A DNA stretch of 56,764 bases, counting the filler, from Dugesia japonica (Eukaryota): NCBI GenBank assembly GCA_001938525.1. It is 6 parts of 6 records of this genome, joined end to end, with 100 filler letters (N's around TTAATTAATTAA, not from the genome) between each part and the next. Parts side by side here need not be neighbours in the genome. Positions count along the whole stretch, not along the records: positions 1 to 10,859 come from MQRL01602939.1; positions 10,960 to 20,106 come from MQRL01648528.1; 4 more parts are not named here. One strand, 5' to 3'. Below are positions 1 through 11,190 of the stretch, piece by piece. Below the pieces are notes generated by a model. It was not told where the DNA came from. It did not search any database and was given only the letters and a program-made list of their open reading frames with translations. The first letter of the stretch is position 1. Each line of letters begins with the position of its first letter. The position numbers and the translations under genes are program-made.

Positions 1-214
1 TTCAGGAATTTTGTTTTAAAAATTAATTAATTTTCTTGTATTAATTAATTATTTTTATTATTGTTTTTTCTGATCGTTTCCTTGGACTTATTAATCATTT
101 TTAATTGTTGATTGATTATGTCCTCATTTCTTCTACCTTCTCACTTTCTTCATGTTTATTTCTTTTATTATGGCTTTCATATCTTTATTTTCTACTTTAG
201 GGGTGTTCCACCCC

Positions 215-1450
215 AACAATATTATTAATTCCAGGGGCAGATACAGACAAGTTAAGGAGAGTTTATCTGATAATAGCAGCATTAGGGCAAACCAATTCAA
301 AAGTTTCATCCGATCCCAGTTAGTTAGCGGGCCATCCATAGCCTTTGACAAAAAGTAAGCCTCGAGATCAGATTGTGATATGTGACAATCAGCTGAGGAA
401 TCATTTGTAATGAGCTCGAAAACTGCTTTTTAAGAATATTTGAATCGATCTATCAGATTCAAATCCATTTAAATACGCTTGATAGTTTATCCCTCGCTCT
501 CTACTTTGAAATTTATGTTTTTGGATTTTATATTACGGACAGAGTGAAAAAAACTGTAGAAATATTCCACAGAAGTATTGATATCACTACAATTCATTGA
601 ATTAAGTAAATTATTAAATTTAGTTTCTTTGTCTTGTTCAATGATTTTATTAAACTGAGTGCCATTCTTATATTTAATTAAGTTTAATTTAATTTTAAGT
701 AAGTTAATATAATTAGATTTGAGCTGTGCCACATCCACTTTTTTCAAAATATTGAAATTAGAAAGGGAATGGATATAACTACAAACCACAAAACCACTAT
801 CGCCAAAGTTATCCTTGTGTGTGGGAAGGTGATTTTATTAGGCAAATGTCTTTATTGCTAAAGAATTTAGACATGCAATTATGGAGCTTAATAATATCAG
901 CCTCTAGAACAACATCACAATCAGAAACACAAGGGTCAAGAAGAAAAGCAATTTTATCAAAAACATTAAAACAAAAATGACCGATCTATTACCTGAATTA
1001 AGAAAAGGGCAAAAAACAATTTCTCGATTCTTGAAGAATTTAAAGGACACAGTATCAGAGATGCAGTTGTTATCCTCATCAATACAAGCCAAGGACATAA
1101 TTGGATCCAAAATACGGTGACTATTATTGGAAATCAGGCTATTAGCAAATTCAACAAGGTTATCTGATGGAATCCTAGTGCTAGTAATTAAAGGATCAAG
1201 AAACGGTGAAAAAAACGGTACCCCAGCACCAACACCCAAAGATGTCGTAGAAATAATGCCAAGTCCTTAAACAAATTTTCTAACTTTCGAGATCTCCAAA
1301 TTAAATATGAGTGCACTATTTGAAAGCTTGAGAGCATAGCTGCAGACAAAAGGGCCATAATCATAACTATTTTGCTGTGTTTATCTTTTAATTACCATCT
1401 CATCAGAGAACACAACATTTTCATCAATGAATGTATTGAGTTCCTTAGTC
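215..1450 (-). pseudogene. 5' part of a decayed NeSL/Utopia-type (R2 superfamily) non-LTR retrotransposon ORF: two Ulp1/C48 protease-like domains, then the pre-RT region
   Basis: Minus-strand translation: QQNSYDYGPFVCSYA (~1335-1378) and KDNFGDSGFVVCSY (~775-825) resemble the Ulp1 QxNxxDCGxFVC motif. IVFCPFLNSGNRSVIFV resembles the Ulp1 His strand. KAVFELITNDSSADCHISQSDLEAYF resembles the NeSL pre-RT segment, and SAPGINNI (~218-241) is RT motif 0. Stops and frameshifts throughout. Confidence 0.65.
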
Positions 1451-2569
1451 ATATTATATATAGAAGTCATTTACACAAGAATTATTTAGATATTAATTTT
1501 TGATAGAATTACAATATTTAGATTATGTAAAATTTAATTTCCAAATTTTATTTGTATCCATAACCACCGATAAATCATCTAAATATACTAAACTTTTTAC
1601 ATTCATGAAATTTCTTATTATAATAGAAACAATTAACAACTAATTAAATGCTTCAAATATATAGATAATTTTCGTCTTCTAACTCGAACTTTTAATAAAT
1701 CCATTTCAACTTGGAAATTAAATTTTAAAATAGTTATTTCCAATATGCTTATTTTTAATAACAGCAATATTATTTAGATTGTATTCTAAATTGTATTTTT
1801 TTAGAAATCCAATGAAAAATTGAATTTAAAAAATTCATCGTTAATTAAATAATACCTGTATTGAACTGAGTCGTCAATTCTCGAACAAATACTTTCCGAT
1901 TCTTTATCATGTTTCATCAAACAACAAATAAGTCGAAATATAAAGTTGTCATGTAAATTATTTCTTATACTATGTTTTAATGATTTTTTCCGAATATTTT
2001 GATTGTTTTTAATACCTCGAAAATTAGCGAAAAATGCTTCGTTATGCTGTTCAATGAAATTGATATTTTGATTGGAACAACTGATATGGTGAGATCTCTA
2101 AACATTAAATTTATTATTATCATTATTTATTATTATTTATTATCATTATTAATTATTATTGTTGAAAACCTAATTATTACTGGAACCAAAAATATAAATT
2201 TACAAGGGCCAAAAAATGAAATAACTAGGTCAATTTTTGTCAATAAAGTCAATGGCATTTTAAATCACTCAAAACTAATTAATAATATGTAAAAACATCT
2301 TTGACTACGTAAAAACATCTTATTTTAAAATTTATAAAGTCAAAATTGTCAAAAATTTTATCAAAAAGTCAAAATATATCAATTCAAAATGTCAAGATTG
2401 TCAAAACTTTTCAATTCAATAGGTCAAAGGTATTTTTGTTTTTTATTTTATAATAAAGCATGCATTTTTCAATTCTTTAGACAATAAATAAGTAGTTTTT
2501 AATTCTCTATCGATTAGTNNNNNNNNNNNNNNNNNNNNNNNNNNNNNNNNNNNNNNNNNNNNNNNNNNT

Positions 2570-3120
2570 TTAATTCTCTATCGATTAGTATCAAAATGTT
2601 ATCAAAGATATGAACATTTTGCGTCTGTACAGGGTTTTTAAATTTAAAAGTTAATATCCTTAATAACTCGTCAACAATACATATTGAAATTCTGAGAAAG
2701 CCGAAATGTTCTTTATCTGAAGTTATTATTCCGGAATGAGAGTACAGATTAAACAATTGAGTCTGTCTTGAAGGAAGTTTCTGAATTGCAATTCATTAAA
2801 GATCCATGTTATATTTTTATTAAAGAGTAAATAGAAGAAAGATTCGTGAAAAATGGTATAAGGAGTAAAACATTTTCATTATTAAGTCTGAGTATTGGTC
2901 AAAAAAGTCAAATGTTTCTTTATTATATGGTAAATAAAACATTGCCCTAACAATGACAATAGGGGACATGAAAAAGAAATCAATTTCACCAATGGAAAAT
3001 TTTTTTAATGAAATATCAGCCTACTTCGGCTAGTGTCAAAAGAAGTTTTTCTATGTTGAATAAACTTTGAGCAAAAGACAGAAACTTTGTCCATGAAATT
3101 TAGTAATAAAATTATATTGT
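2570..3120 (+). pseudogene. Decayed hAT-like transposase C-terminus
   Basis: QPTSASVKRSFSMLNKL..KDRNF (~3017-3088) resembles the hAT dimerisation motif PxTSxxVERSFS. Many GTCAAAA motifs at 2228-2430 look like subterminal repeats. Confidence 0.5.
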
Positions 3121-3459
3121 TATAATGTTCAAAAAAAGTCTATATTTTTCATTTACAAAGCTCAATTTTCTTAAATTTTAAGACAGTTAAGCAGTCATAA
3201 TTGTTAAAAAAAGAAACAAAGTAAAAATATTGGTAAAAAAGTCAAAATTCTTTTTTATAAGGTTAAAAAAGAGTGCCCTAGTAATAACCAAAAGTAATCG
3301 TTGGAACCACGAGTAATTTACTATATAAAAAGAAATTAGATATAAACAATACAAAAAATTTAAACAGATTCTATAAAAAAGAAAAATTGTTATCGGAAAA
3401 ACAAAAAATTTAAAATGAATCCAACTCAATATAGTAATAAAATTTATGAATTATGAGAA

Positions 3460-5340
3460 ATTGGACATATATTATCTTGCACCACTCAAATTGTCTAGTA
3501 TTTCTTCTACATTGGGCATCGAAAATGCTTGTCTTTCTGTGATTGCATTTAATTTTCTAAAATCAAGATATAATCTAACATCATTCCTTTCGTTTTATCC
3601 AAACATATATTAACGGAGTGTTCCATTGCGAATTACACTTCCTAATAATGTCATTGTCAAATAAATTCTTCATAGATTCATCTATCTTATTCTCTAAATG
3701 CATTGGTTGTCACCATGGATTTGTATTTAATGGTTCTCCATTTGTGATTATTTGATGTTCTGCCATTGTTGTTCTGCCAGTTGTCNCCTATGGATATTCC
3801 TTTATGAATCATTATAACTTTCTCAAAATTCTCATTTGGCTTGTTAATCAATATTTTTATTGCTCTCTGTAATCTCTCTTCATCCGTTGTATTGCGACTA
3901 TATTATGCTTCTATATTACAAAGATACATTTCATTATACTCACATTTAGTCTTCTCAGAAATTGGAATCCAAACTGTTTCTGTAATTCTATTCTTCTTAT
4001 TAGATCTGGATGTATCTGTTTCACCACAATGAATTTAACTGTTTCGCTTTTCTCGAATTTCACTTATACCTTTATCGTACCTACGAATTCGAGCGGACTA
4101 TTAGTTGGCACATCTTAAATTGTCTTCACCTTTTAATATATTGACTTTGCTCAATCCTTCCAAAATTCTCAAACTCATCAGATTAACTCTTGCTCTAATG
4201 TCTAACAAGCAATCAACTTTAACGGCTTGAATTTCAACCGTTCTACTTGGCCTACCTTGCATCTTGTCGCTTTATCTCTTCTACTGTCAGAATTTCATTG
4301 TCGTCTTCTTCATTTATATCACTGATCACCTCAGGTTGGCCTCTATTCATTTTTTTCTTTATAAACTTGTAAACTTTTTTTTACATCATTTTACTCATCT
4401 ACTCGTTTATCTTCGCTTCTTTTATTTATATTATTATACATACTACTTTTACTATAATTAAAAATACTGCGATTTTTTTGGGATACTTAATTCAACGCTC
4501 CGACAATTTCGACTTCAGTCGGAGCTTGGCCATATCGGTACTTATCTTGATAAGTATTCCATGCTTCATTACAATAGTGGCCTTTGTCTTCTCTACATGT
4601 ACAATCTCCATTTTCCTAAATTGAATAACCACGACCTTCATTCCTTCTTGTGTAATTATTTAATTGGTCGAATAATATATTTGTTTTTCATTTTAGAATG
4701 TTTATCTGACATGTTTACTTTTATTCTGATAATTAAAGTGTGTGTTCATATTTGTGTAACAGTCCACTGTGTGGTATCCTTTCTTGTTGCATCTTGAACA
4801 ACTAACTTTGGTACAGTCTCTTAAATGTGGCTCAGATTCACAAGCATAGCACTCTTTTTTCTTTCTTGGCAATTTCTGCTTACATGACCTATTTTATTAC
4901 CGGTCCAGCACGTGATTTCTCTGTTCTGTTGTATCCCTTCATTACGACTATTGTTGAAATTTCTTTGATCTGGACTTCTGCGAACTGAATCTCTGTAGTT
5001 ACGAACTAATTTATTTTTTCCGTTTTTACTTCGTCTTTTATGACTTCCGACTCTTTTATTGTTTTAAGTAGATGTTCACTTTTTTCTATTTTTCCTGATT
5101 TGATCTTATATTTTATCTTCCTGTCATTGCAACTATTCATTATTAGCTTCTTTATAAGGTCATCTTTGTACCATTTATGTGCCATGAACTTCTCGACCAT
5201 TCATTCTATCTTCTTCTTATAGATATTTATATGCTCTCCATTTCTTTGATAATTTAGATTTTCCTCCATATCTTTAATCATTGTCGATTAAAGAAAGCCT
5301 TTCTGAATCTTTCTTTAAATCCCAATGTTTCGTTGACCAT
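3460..5340 (-). mobile_element. Decayed Ty3/Gypsy gag-pro-RT(N-terminal) fragment
   Basis: Zinc knuckles CWTGNKIGHVSRNC and CSRCNKKGYHTVDC (4760-4915). Protease remnant VDCLLDIRARVN (~4185-4225). RT start IIRKCNSQWNTP..VRLYLDFRKLNAITERQAFSMPNVEEILD (3495-3655). Confidence 0.85.
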
Positions 5341-5641
5341 TCAAGACCTACCAAAACCAAACTCGTATAAAGATAAAAATTTGAAATAATAAGTAAAACG
5401 TATTACCGAATCGTACAAAAACTCTAAAATAATTTCTTTTAATTTTCATGTCAGGTTTATAATATTATAAGTGTTGTTAAAGACTTGATTTCACAATTAT
5501 AACTATAAGCAATAACATTTGTTTAATATTATTCAAAGTATTTTCGACCGTTTTAATTAATTATTATTTTAATTATACCGCATTTTATATATTGCAATTA
5601 TTAATTATAATAATAACAATAAAAATATAATTTTACTAACT

Positions 5642-5919
5642 CTTAGTAAATGATCATTATGGATTAAAGGTTTTGATTTTTTAATGGAAAACATACTACC
5701 AAGAGCTTTTACTGCATTTTGCTTTCGATATCCATAAGATCCAGCCGATGTTATAGTATCGAGATCAGTCGGTGCTACAAGATTACTATGTAAACTAATT
5801 TGGCGATTTAGAAACCCTGGAGCAGATTTCCCTCGGAAATATATGGGTTTGGTTCTCTCACTAAGTTTAAGTGGTGTGGCTTGATCATTTTCATCAATAT
5901 CATCAAACGACGGAGTGAT
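5642..5919 (-). CDS. Possible host exon, unknown product
   Basis: About 90 open codons (ITPSFDDIDENDQATPLKLSERTKPIYFRGKSAPGFLNRQ...) richer in GC than the flanks, ending at a GTTAGT donor-like site. No recognisable domain. Confidence 0.3.
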
Positions 5920-6654
5920 NNNNNNNNNNNNNNNNNNNNNNNNNNAATCATTTTACAATAATTAACTAAAATGCAATTACAATAAAATATTAAAAAAAAG
6001 ATGTAAACATGAAATTCATAAAATAAAGTCAGTTTTCATATTAAATTGCATGTAAGAAATATTACTTATCTAATGTCCAGTTTTTTTTTACAATAATGAC
6101 GATTTTAAAATTATATATTCAAATATAATGCAATGTTTCATATAAATAATGCATTCTCAGATTGAAAAAATTTAAAAAGATTAAGAAATTTTTAAGAAAT
6201 TCAAGTTTTTTTTACAGAAATAAATAAAAACGTTCACTTAATAAATAGTGACATTATGCTGTAAATTTCTTGCTTAAAACTAATTTATAAACCAAAAAAT
6301 TAAATGATTAATAATTAAACCAGATGCGGGCTACCTGCAGTTTGCTGGCCAGATACGGTCGGTTTAGATATTTTACCAGACCTGCGAAGTTTCTAAAAAT
6401 TTCACATCATTTCTTTAAAAAATTTAATTTTATAATTTATTGAGAATAATAAATATGTATAAACAGTTACGTATATTTGTACTTGATTTTAAAAAAGGTG
6501 TTTGTAAAATTTAATTTGACACATTTTTGTTAAAATAAATAATATTTTCTTATTTACAAGTTTTGGCAGAAATATATTTAAAATAATAATCTTGAAAAAT
6601 GTTAAAAATATAAGAACATCAAACATTGTTCTATCATATATATTTAGCATATCT

Positions 6655-6790
6655 GTGCTGTTCTTTTTTCGCTGTTTTATTAAAACTTGATTACAATCAA
6701 TATCATTGGATAATGTTTATTCTTTCGATGTATTCATTTTTTTGAAATTGTTATTATGTAAATTCAAACAAATTTTAAATATTTCTTCAA
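6655..6790. repeat. Interspersed repeat copy, similar to 26175-26305
   Basis: Shared blocks ttattaaaacttga..atcaatatca(t/a)tggataatgttt(a/g)ttctttcgatgtat..atgtaaattcaaacaaattttaaatat. Confidence 0.75.
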
Positions 6791-7192
6791 AAACCTGTAA
6801 TAACATTCACTAAATTTTTAATCTCTACTCTTAGGTCTACACTAAAAATACATGTGAATAAGTGGTATAAAAATAAAATACATCTAAACCCGATTTTGTT
6901 TTGAAAGTCTCCCTGAAAAGAGTCAATTTTGGCGGCAAGATGTAAAAGGTTAACTATTTATTAAATAGTTAAAGAATTAACTATTTTGTATTTTGTTATC
7001 AATAAGATATGAATAAGCTAAAAAAACCAAAATTGTAAAAAAATATTTACTGATATAAATAATTGTGTAAATTATACTAGACTTCGTTTTGTTAATTTAA
7101 TTTAATAATTTAATTCAATTGTCGTTAGAACTACTAACGCTATATATACATAAATTAATACCAAAACATTAATTAAAAAATTTTAAAAATAC

Positions 7193-7334
7193 TGGATCTG
7201 GCTGAAGTTTTTGAGTATTTATATTGCCAAACTTTTGTAATGTAAATCTCAAACGTCTTTGATTCCAAGCATCAATTTCATCATAGTTAGGCTCTGTTAT
7301 TCCAAAAAAAGATAATGTTTCCTTTCCCAGTAGT
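7193..7334 (-). CDS. Possible host exon, unknown product
   Basis: TTTAG acceptor, open frame LLGKETLSFFGITEPNYDEIDAWNQRRLRFTLQKFGNINTQKLQPDP, GTATTT donor. Confidence 0.3.
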
Positions 7335-7859
7335 CTAAATTAGATTTGAAACATTATTTCAACATTTTATTTAAATTTAGAAAAATTTCGATTTGAATAA
7401 AATTACTTAATTCCATAATTTTATTTTTAAGGTCAAATAATAGTGTATCAATTTTGTATATTTTAGAGTGAATTGGTAGCTTTAAATTGTAGCATCTCAT
7501 ATGATAATGATTTATTAATTTCAGTGAATGTCCATGATATTGATTAACAATTATTTATCAATTGAAATAACAAGCATATNNNNNNNNNNNNNNNNNNNNN
7601 NNNNNNNNNNNNNNNNNNNNNNNNNNNNNNNNNNNNNNNNNNNNNNNNNNNNNNNNNNNNNNNNNNNNNNNNNNNNNNNNNNNNNNNNNNNNNNNNNNNN
7701 NNNNNNNNNNNNNNNNNNNNNNNNNNNNNNNNNNNNNNNNNNNNNNNNNNNNNNNNNNNNNNNNGATTTAAGAAATGTTCATTCTGAATTTAATTGCAAT
7801 AAAATAGGAATATATTATAAGATTTTAAATTAAATTCCTGTCTAGTAATACTTGATTCG

Positions 7860-8790
7860 ACCCACAAATATATGTACCTACAAATGTATACCTACAACCT
7901 TCGAAACACATTTCATCGTTAAGCAAACATTCAATTCGTTCATAAATATCGGTTTAACTTCTTGTGGCTGATCTGATTGAACTAAAACTTACTTTTGATG
8001 ACTAAAATATTCTTCAATAGAATTAAGCCGCGGTGGATATGATGGAAGGAATGCAAAACTTACATTCAAATTGTTGAATAATTGTATCACATCACTTCGA
8101 TGATGGATAGAAACATTCTCTATAACTAAAATGTCATGTATATTTTGCTCAAAATGATATTTTGAATGATTATAGATAAAATCAATAAATAAATTTCCAT
8201 TGTAAGCACCTTTTCTTAAATCATGAACAACAATAACATTTTTATTCATTGCACACAAGTCTAATATTTTTTCCGCGGGTTGCTGGTAGTAAAACAAAAA
8301 ATTTCGTATTTTTTTTTATTATACCAGCTAAAACCAGTTCAGTCTAAAAATATTAGATTTGCGTCAGCAATATTGTTAATGTATCTACAATAGGCTTGTT
8401 TCAAATCGATAGTTCTGGTTGAGTTTTACTCAGAAGATAACAAAGCAAGTCTTTTGCGGCTAAAATTCATGACTTTAAATGTTTTGTAATATCTCACAAA
8501 GAAACACGGATACCTTTAATTCTTAACTCATCGAAAATAGACATATGCGTATGAGATGGATTGGTCTCAATAATGATGTGTATTACTGTTGCTACCAAAG
8601 AATTCGACCTACAGCATCTTCCATTTTTTGCTTCGAGAATTTCTTCATCTGAGACCCTATTGTTGATTTTTTCACTCATTGTTCTCGATAATTTAAGAGT
8701 TAGTTCCTTCAAGAGAGATTTTCGCACTAGATCTTTCGTTACTTTCTTTCTTGTCTTAAGTTGTAGTTTATAAATCATGGTGGTGGTATA
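7860..8790 (-). pseudogene. Tc1/mariner-IS630-like DDE transposase pseudogene
   Basis: HTH-like region in ORF 8494-8805, then NLIFLD*TGFS (first Asp), VIENVSIHH (second Asp, degenerate) and FLPSYPPRLNSIEE (SPxLNPIE motif). Confidence 0.85.
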
Positions 8791-8829
8791 TAAAATAAAA
8801 AACAAATATGTATTATGTAATCACAATGT

Positions 8830-9310
8830 GAGTACAAAGTCGTCGGACTTATAAATTTCATGCCTTAGGAGCAAAAGAAGCCTCAGATGCTCTGTGCTGC
8901 TGTCCTAGATTATGAAATTAATTATCGTAAGACATGACAAGATTTTGGATATATAATATATAGTTTAATGAAGGAAGAAAAAGATATGAAGATAATAAGA
9001 GAAGGCACCCAATTTTTTGTGACCATCATATGTATCCGGATATTTAAATAATAGATCCATTTAAGAAGACATATATTGCCGTTGATGTAAAAAGTCCATT
9101 CGATTAAAATTTAAGCTATGGAGATACAGACTAAATCAATCAAGAAAAATATAAAGAATTGCGGAAGAAACAGAAAAATCACTAAGTCCAACATAGCAAT
9201 ATTCACTACACACCTTTACCATGGGAAGCTCTAGTTTTTGATATTTGGAAAATAGGAAATCGTTACAATCAATAGGATTTAAGAGTACTGAAGTTGATAC
9301 AATTTCATGC
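8830..9310 (+). pseudogene. 3' end of an R2/NeSL-type retrotransposon: CCHC knuckle and restriction-like endonuclease remnant
   Basis: GAKEASDALCCCP followed by RHDKILD (8931-8951), PDI (9037), VDVKSPFD (9081-9104) and EKYKEL, the canonical REL order. Confidence 0.75.
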
Positions 9311-9439
9311 TTATGAATTTTCAGCGATAAAGAGCACTCAAAAAAGATAAAAAAATATTTTTTCCACGCATTGTCATAAAAAATTAGAAGGAACATTACA
9401 TACAATCCTAAATGGGATGGAATACAATAACTTTTGTTA

Positions 9440-9975
9440 ACTGGGCAATCATCACTGTTNNTCTCGAAAACGTGCAAAACACACATTAATGTCGAATATG
9501 ATAATTTGATTAAATTCATCAAGAATATCTGAAAATATGTTAACAAAGGAAGCGATACGGCAGTTTTTGGAGTGGGAAATGCAACTGCATCCATCTATGA
9601 AATCTACTAATAACAACTGGGAAGCTGCATTAGTAGCAATGAAGCAGTATGTTGCATTTTATCATTTTCAATCCAAGAAGTGCACCTTGTAAATTGACAG
9701 CGCTTGTACTTCCCAACAGAATGTGCACGTGCAAAAGCATTGTTACCACCACCAACAACGTTAACTACATTTTTATCATTATGTATGAATTATATGTTTG
9801 CAAAAACGTTACTTTACTATGAGGTGCCAATATTCCAGTCATGGAATGCATCAGTGAACCAGTTACAAACAAGTTAAAGCAGTTAAAGGGCATCTCCATT
9901 TATATTTGAACTACGCATTAGGCTGTACATACATTGTTCGCTCAAACAATGCAGAATGTTTTTACTTACAATTAC
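9440..9975 (+). pseudogene. Helitron Rep domain fragment
   Basis: SKTCKTHINVEY..IK..KYVNKGSD, ISSNEAV, PPPTTLTTF, AKTLLYYEVP..WN, ECFYLQL: Helitron Rep motif 3 and downstream region. Confidence 0.85.
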
Positions 9976-10178
9976 TGATAATTCTCACTTTTATTTAATT
10001 TACTTATCTTCAATCTTTGAGACTTAATGTCATTGCTGTATTTTTAGGTAGAATAGTTCACATTGATCGCGAATGATTTGTTAATAAATTGTATTTTATT
10101 TAAATGCCCAATGAGGTATATTACTCTTTATCGCTGATTTTACTGATATAACTTATTCTGATAACGATTCCGTTTGCA

Positions 10179-10859
10179 ATGATTAAAGCTTCCATTTACA
10201 GCCTAAAATGTCAATTACATAGATTAGAAAATACAGCAAATGAAACATCTAATGATTCCTAAATTTTTTCATCGAAATGGAAGTATATACAAGCATTCAG
10301 ACGCACGATACCAACTTATTATTCTCCTATTATAGAAATTGATAACAACATTGAGGACCTTCAATTTAAACTATTACAAACATATAAGAACAATAATAAC
10401 AATAAAAAGAGTAATGAAAATCAAATTATCAAAGAAATTAAAAATTTAAAATCAATTATTATTACACCAACAGATAAAACAAAAAAAATGGTAGCTCTTT
10501 CTGAACAAAAATACAATGAATTTTTTCTGAAAATTTAAATAATTATGAAACAATAGCTCACAAAAGACTACCAACTACAGAAGAAATTAAATTCAACAAA
10601 CAATTAAATCAAATAACAGAAAAATATGAAGACCCCATAAAATCTTTATTTTCAACAGTTAAATGTCATGAACCAATTCCATCCTCGATGTACTGTGTTC
10701 CTAAAGATCACAAAGAAACAATGAAAGGAAGATCTATTGTAAACGCTAGTTGCAAACTTTTAGCAGATATATTAAAACCACAATTAAGTTTCATTCTTGC
10801 ACATTTAAAGAATAGTTATGAGTTTATATAAAAATTATGAATGGAAGAGGATGATGAAT
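10179..10859 (+). pseudogene. Penelope-like element RT N-terminal fragment, cut by contig end
   Basis: ITPTDKTKKMVAL (10461), MYCVPKDHK..GRSIV (~10688-10742) and LADILKP..HLKNSYEFI match PLE RT motifs IxxADKG, YGLPKIHK..RPIV and HIKNS. Confidence 0.8.
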
Positions 10860-10959
10860 NNNNNNNNNNNNNNNNNNNNNNNNNNNNNNNNNNNNNNNNN
10901 NNNTTAATTAATTAANNNNNNNNNNNNNNNNNNNNNNNNNNNNNNNNNNNNNNNNNNNN
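10860..10959. other. Artificial contig linker
   Basis: 44 N + TTAATTAATTAA (stop in all six frames) + 44 N. Confidence 0.97.
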
Positions 10960-11036
10960 CCAAATAAATCACATGATTTTACCATACCAAATAAATCACA
11001 TGATTTTACCATACCAAATAAATCACATGATTTTAC
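10960..11036. repeat. 27-bp tandem repeat, about 2.8 copies, upstream of pPolB
   Basis: Unit CCAAATAAATCACATGATTTTACCATA; runs into the contig end. Confidence 0.9.
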
Positions 11037-11190
11037 TTTATTAAACCTAAAATATACTAAAATTATGTCACATTTCACATGTCAAAGGCTACATATCAAA
11101 TGCAACCTGTAAAATGCCTCATTTTTATATTTTTTTATAAAAATATCCTCTTAAATATAAAAACATCCTCTAAAATTTCTCTCTATAAAA

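Noticed and set aside
904-1260. Resemblance to negative-strand RNA virus L protein (SLGxxxG..DP)
   Set aside because: Flanking Ulp1 motifs and RT motif 0 explain the region better; no RdRp core motifs.
2497-2589. Direct repeat ttttaattctctatcgattagt either side of an N gap
   Set aside because: Most likely an unmerged contig overlap.
10904-10915. TTAATTAATTAA recurring every ~9 kb as a biological signal
   Set aside because: Always centred in 44+44 N; a synthetic linker.
10960-11036. CRISPR-like array
   Set aside because: Head-to-tail repeats with no spacers, in a eukaryotic context.
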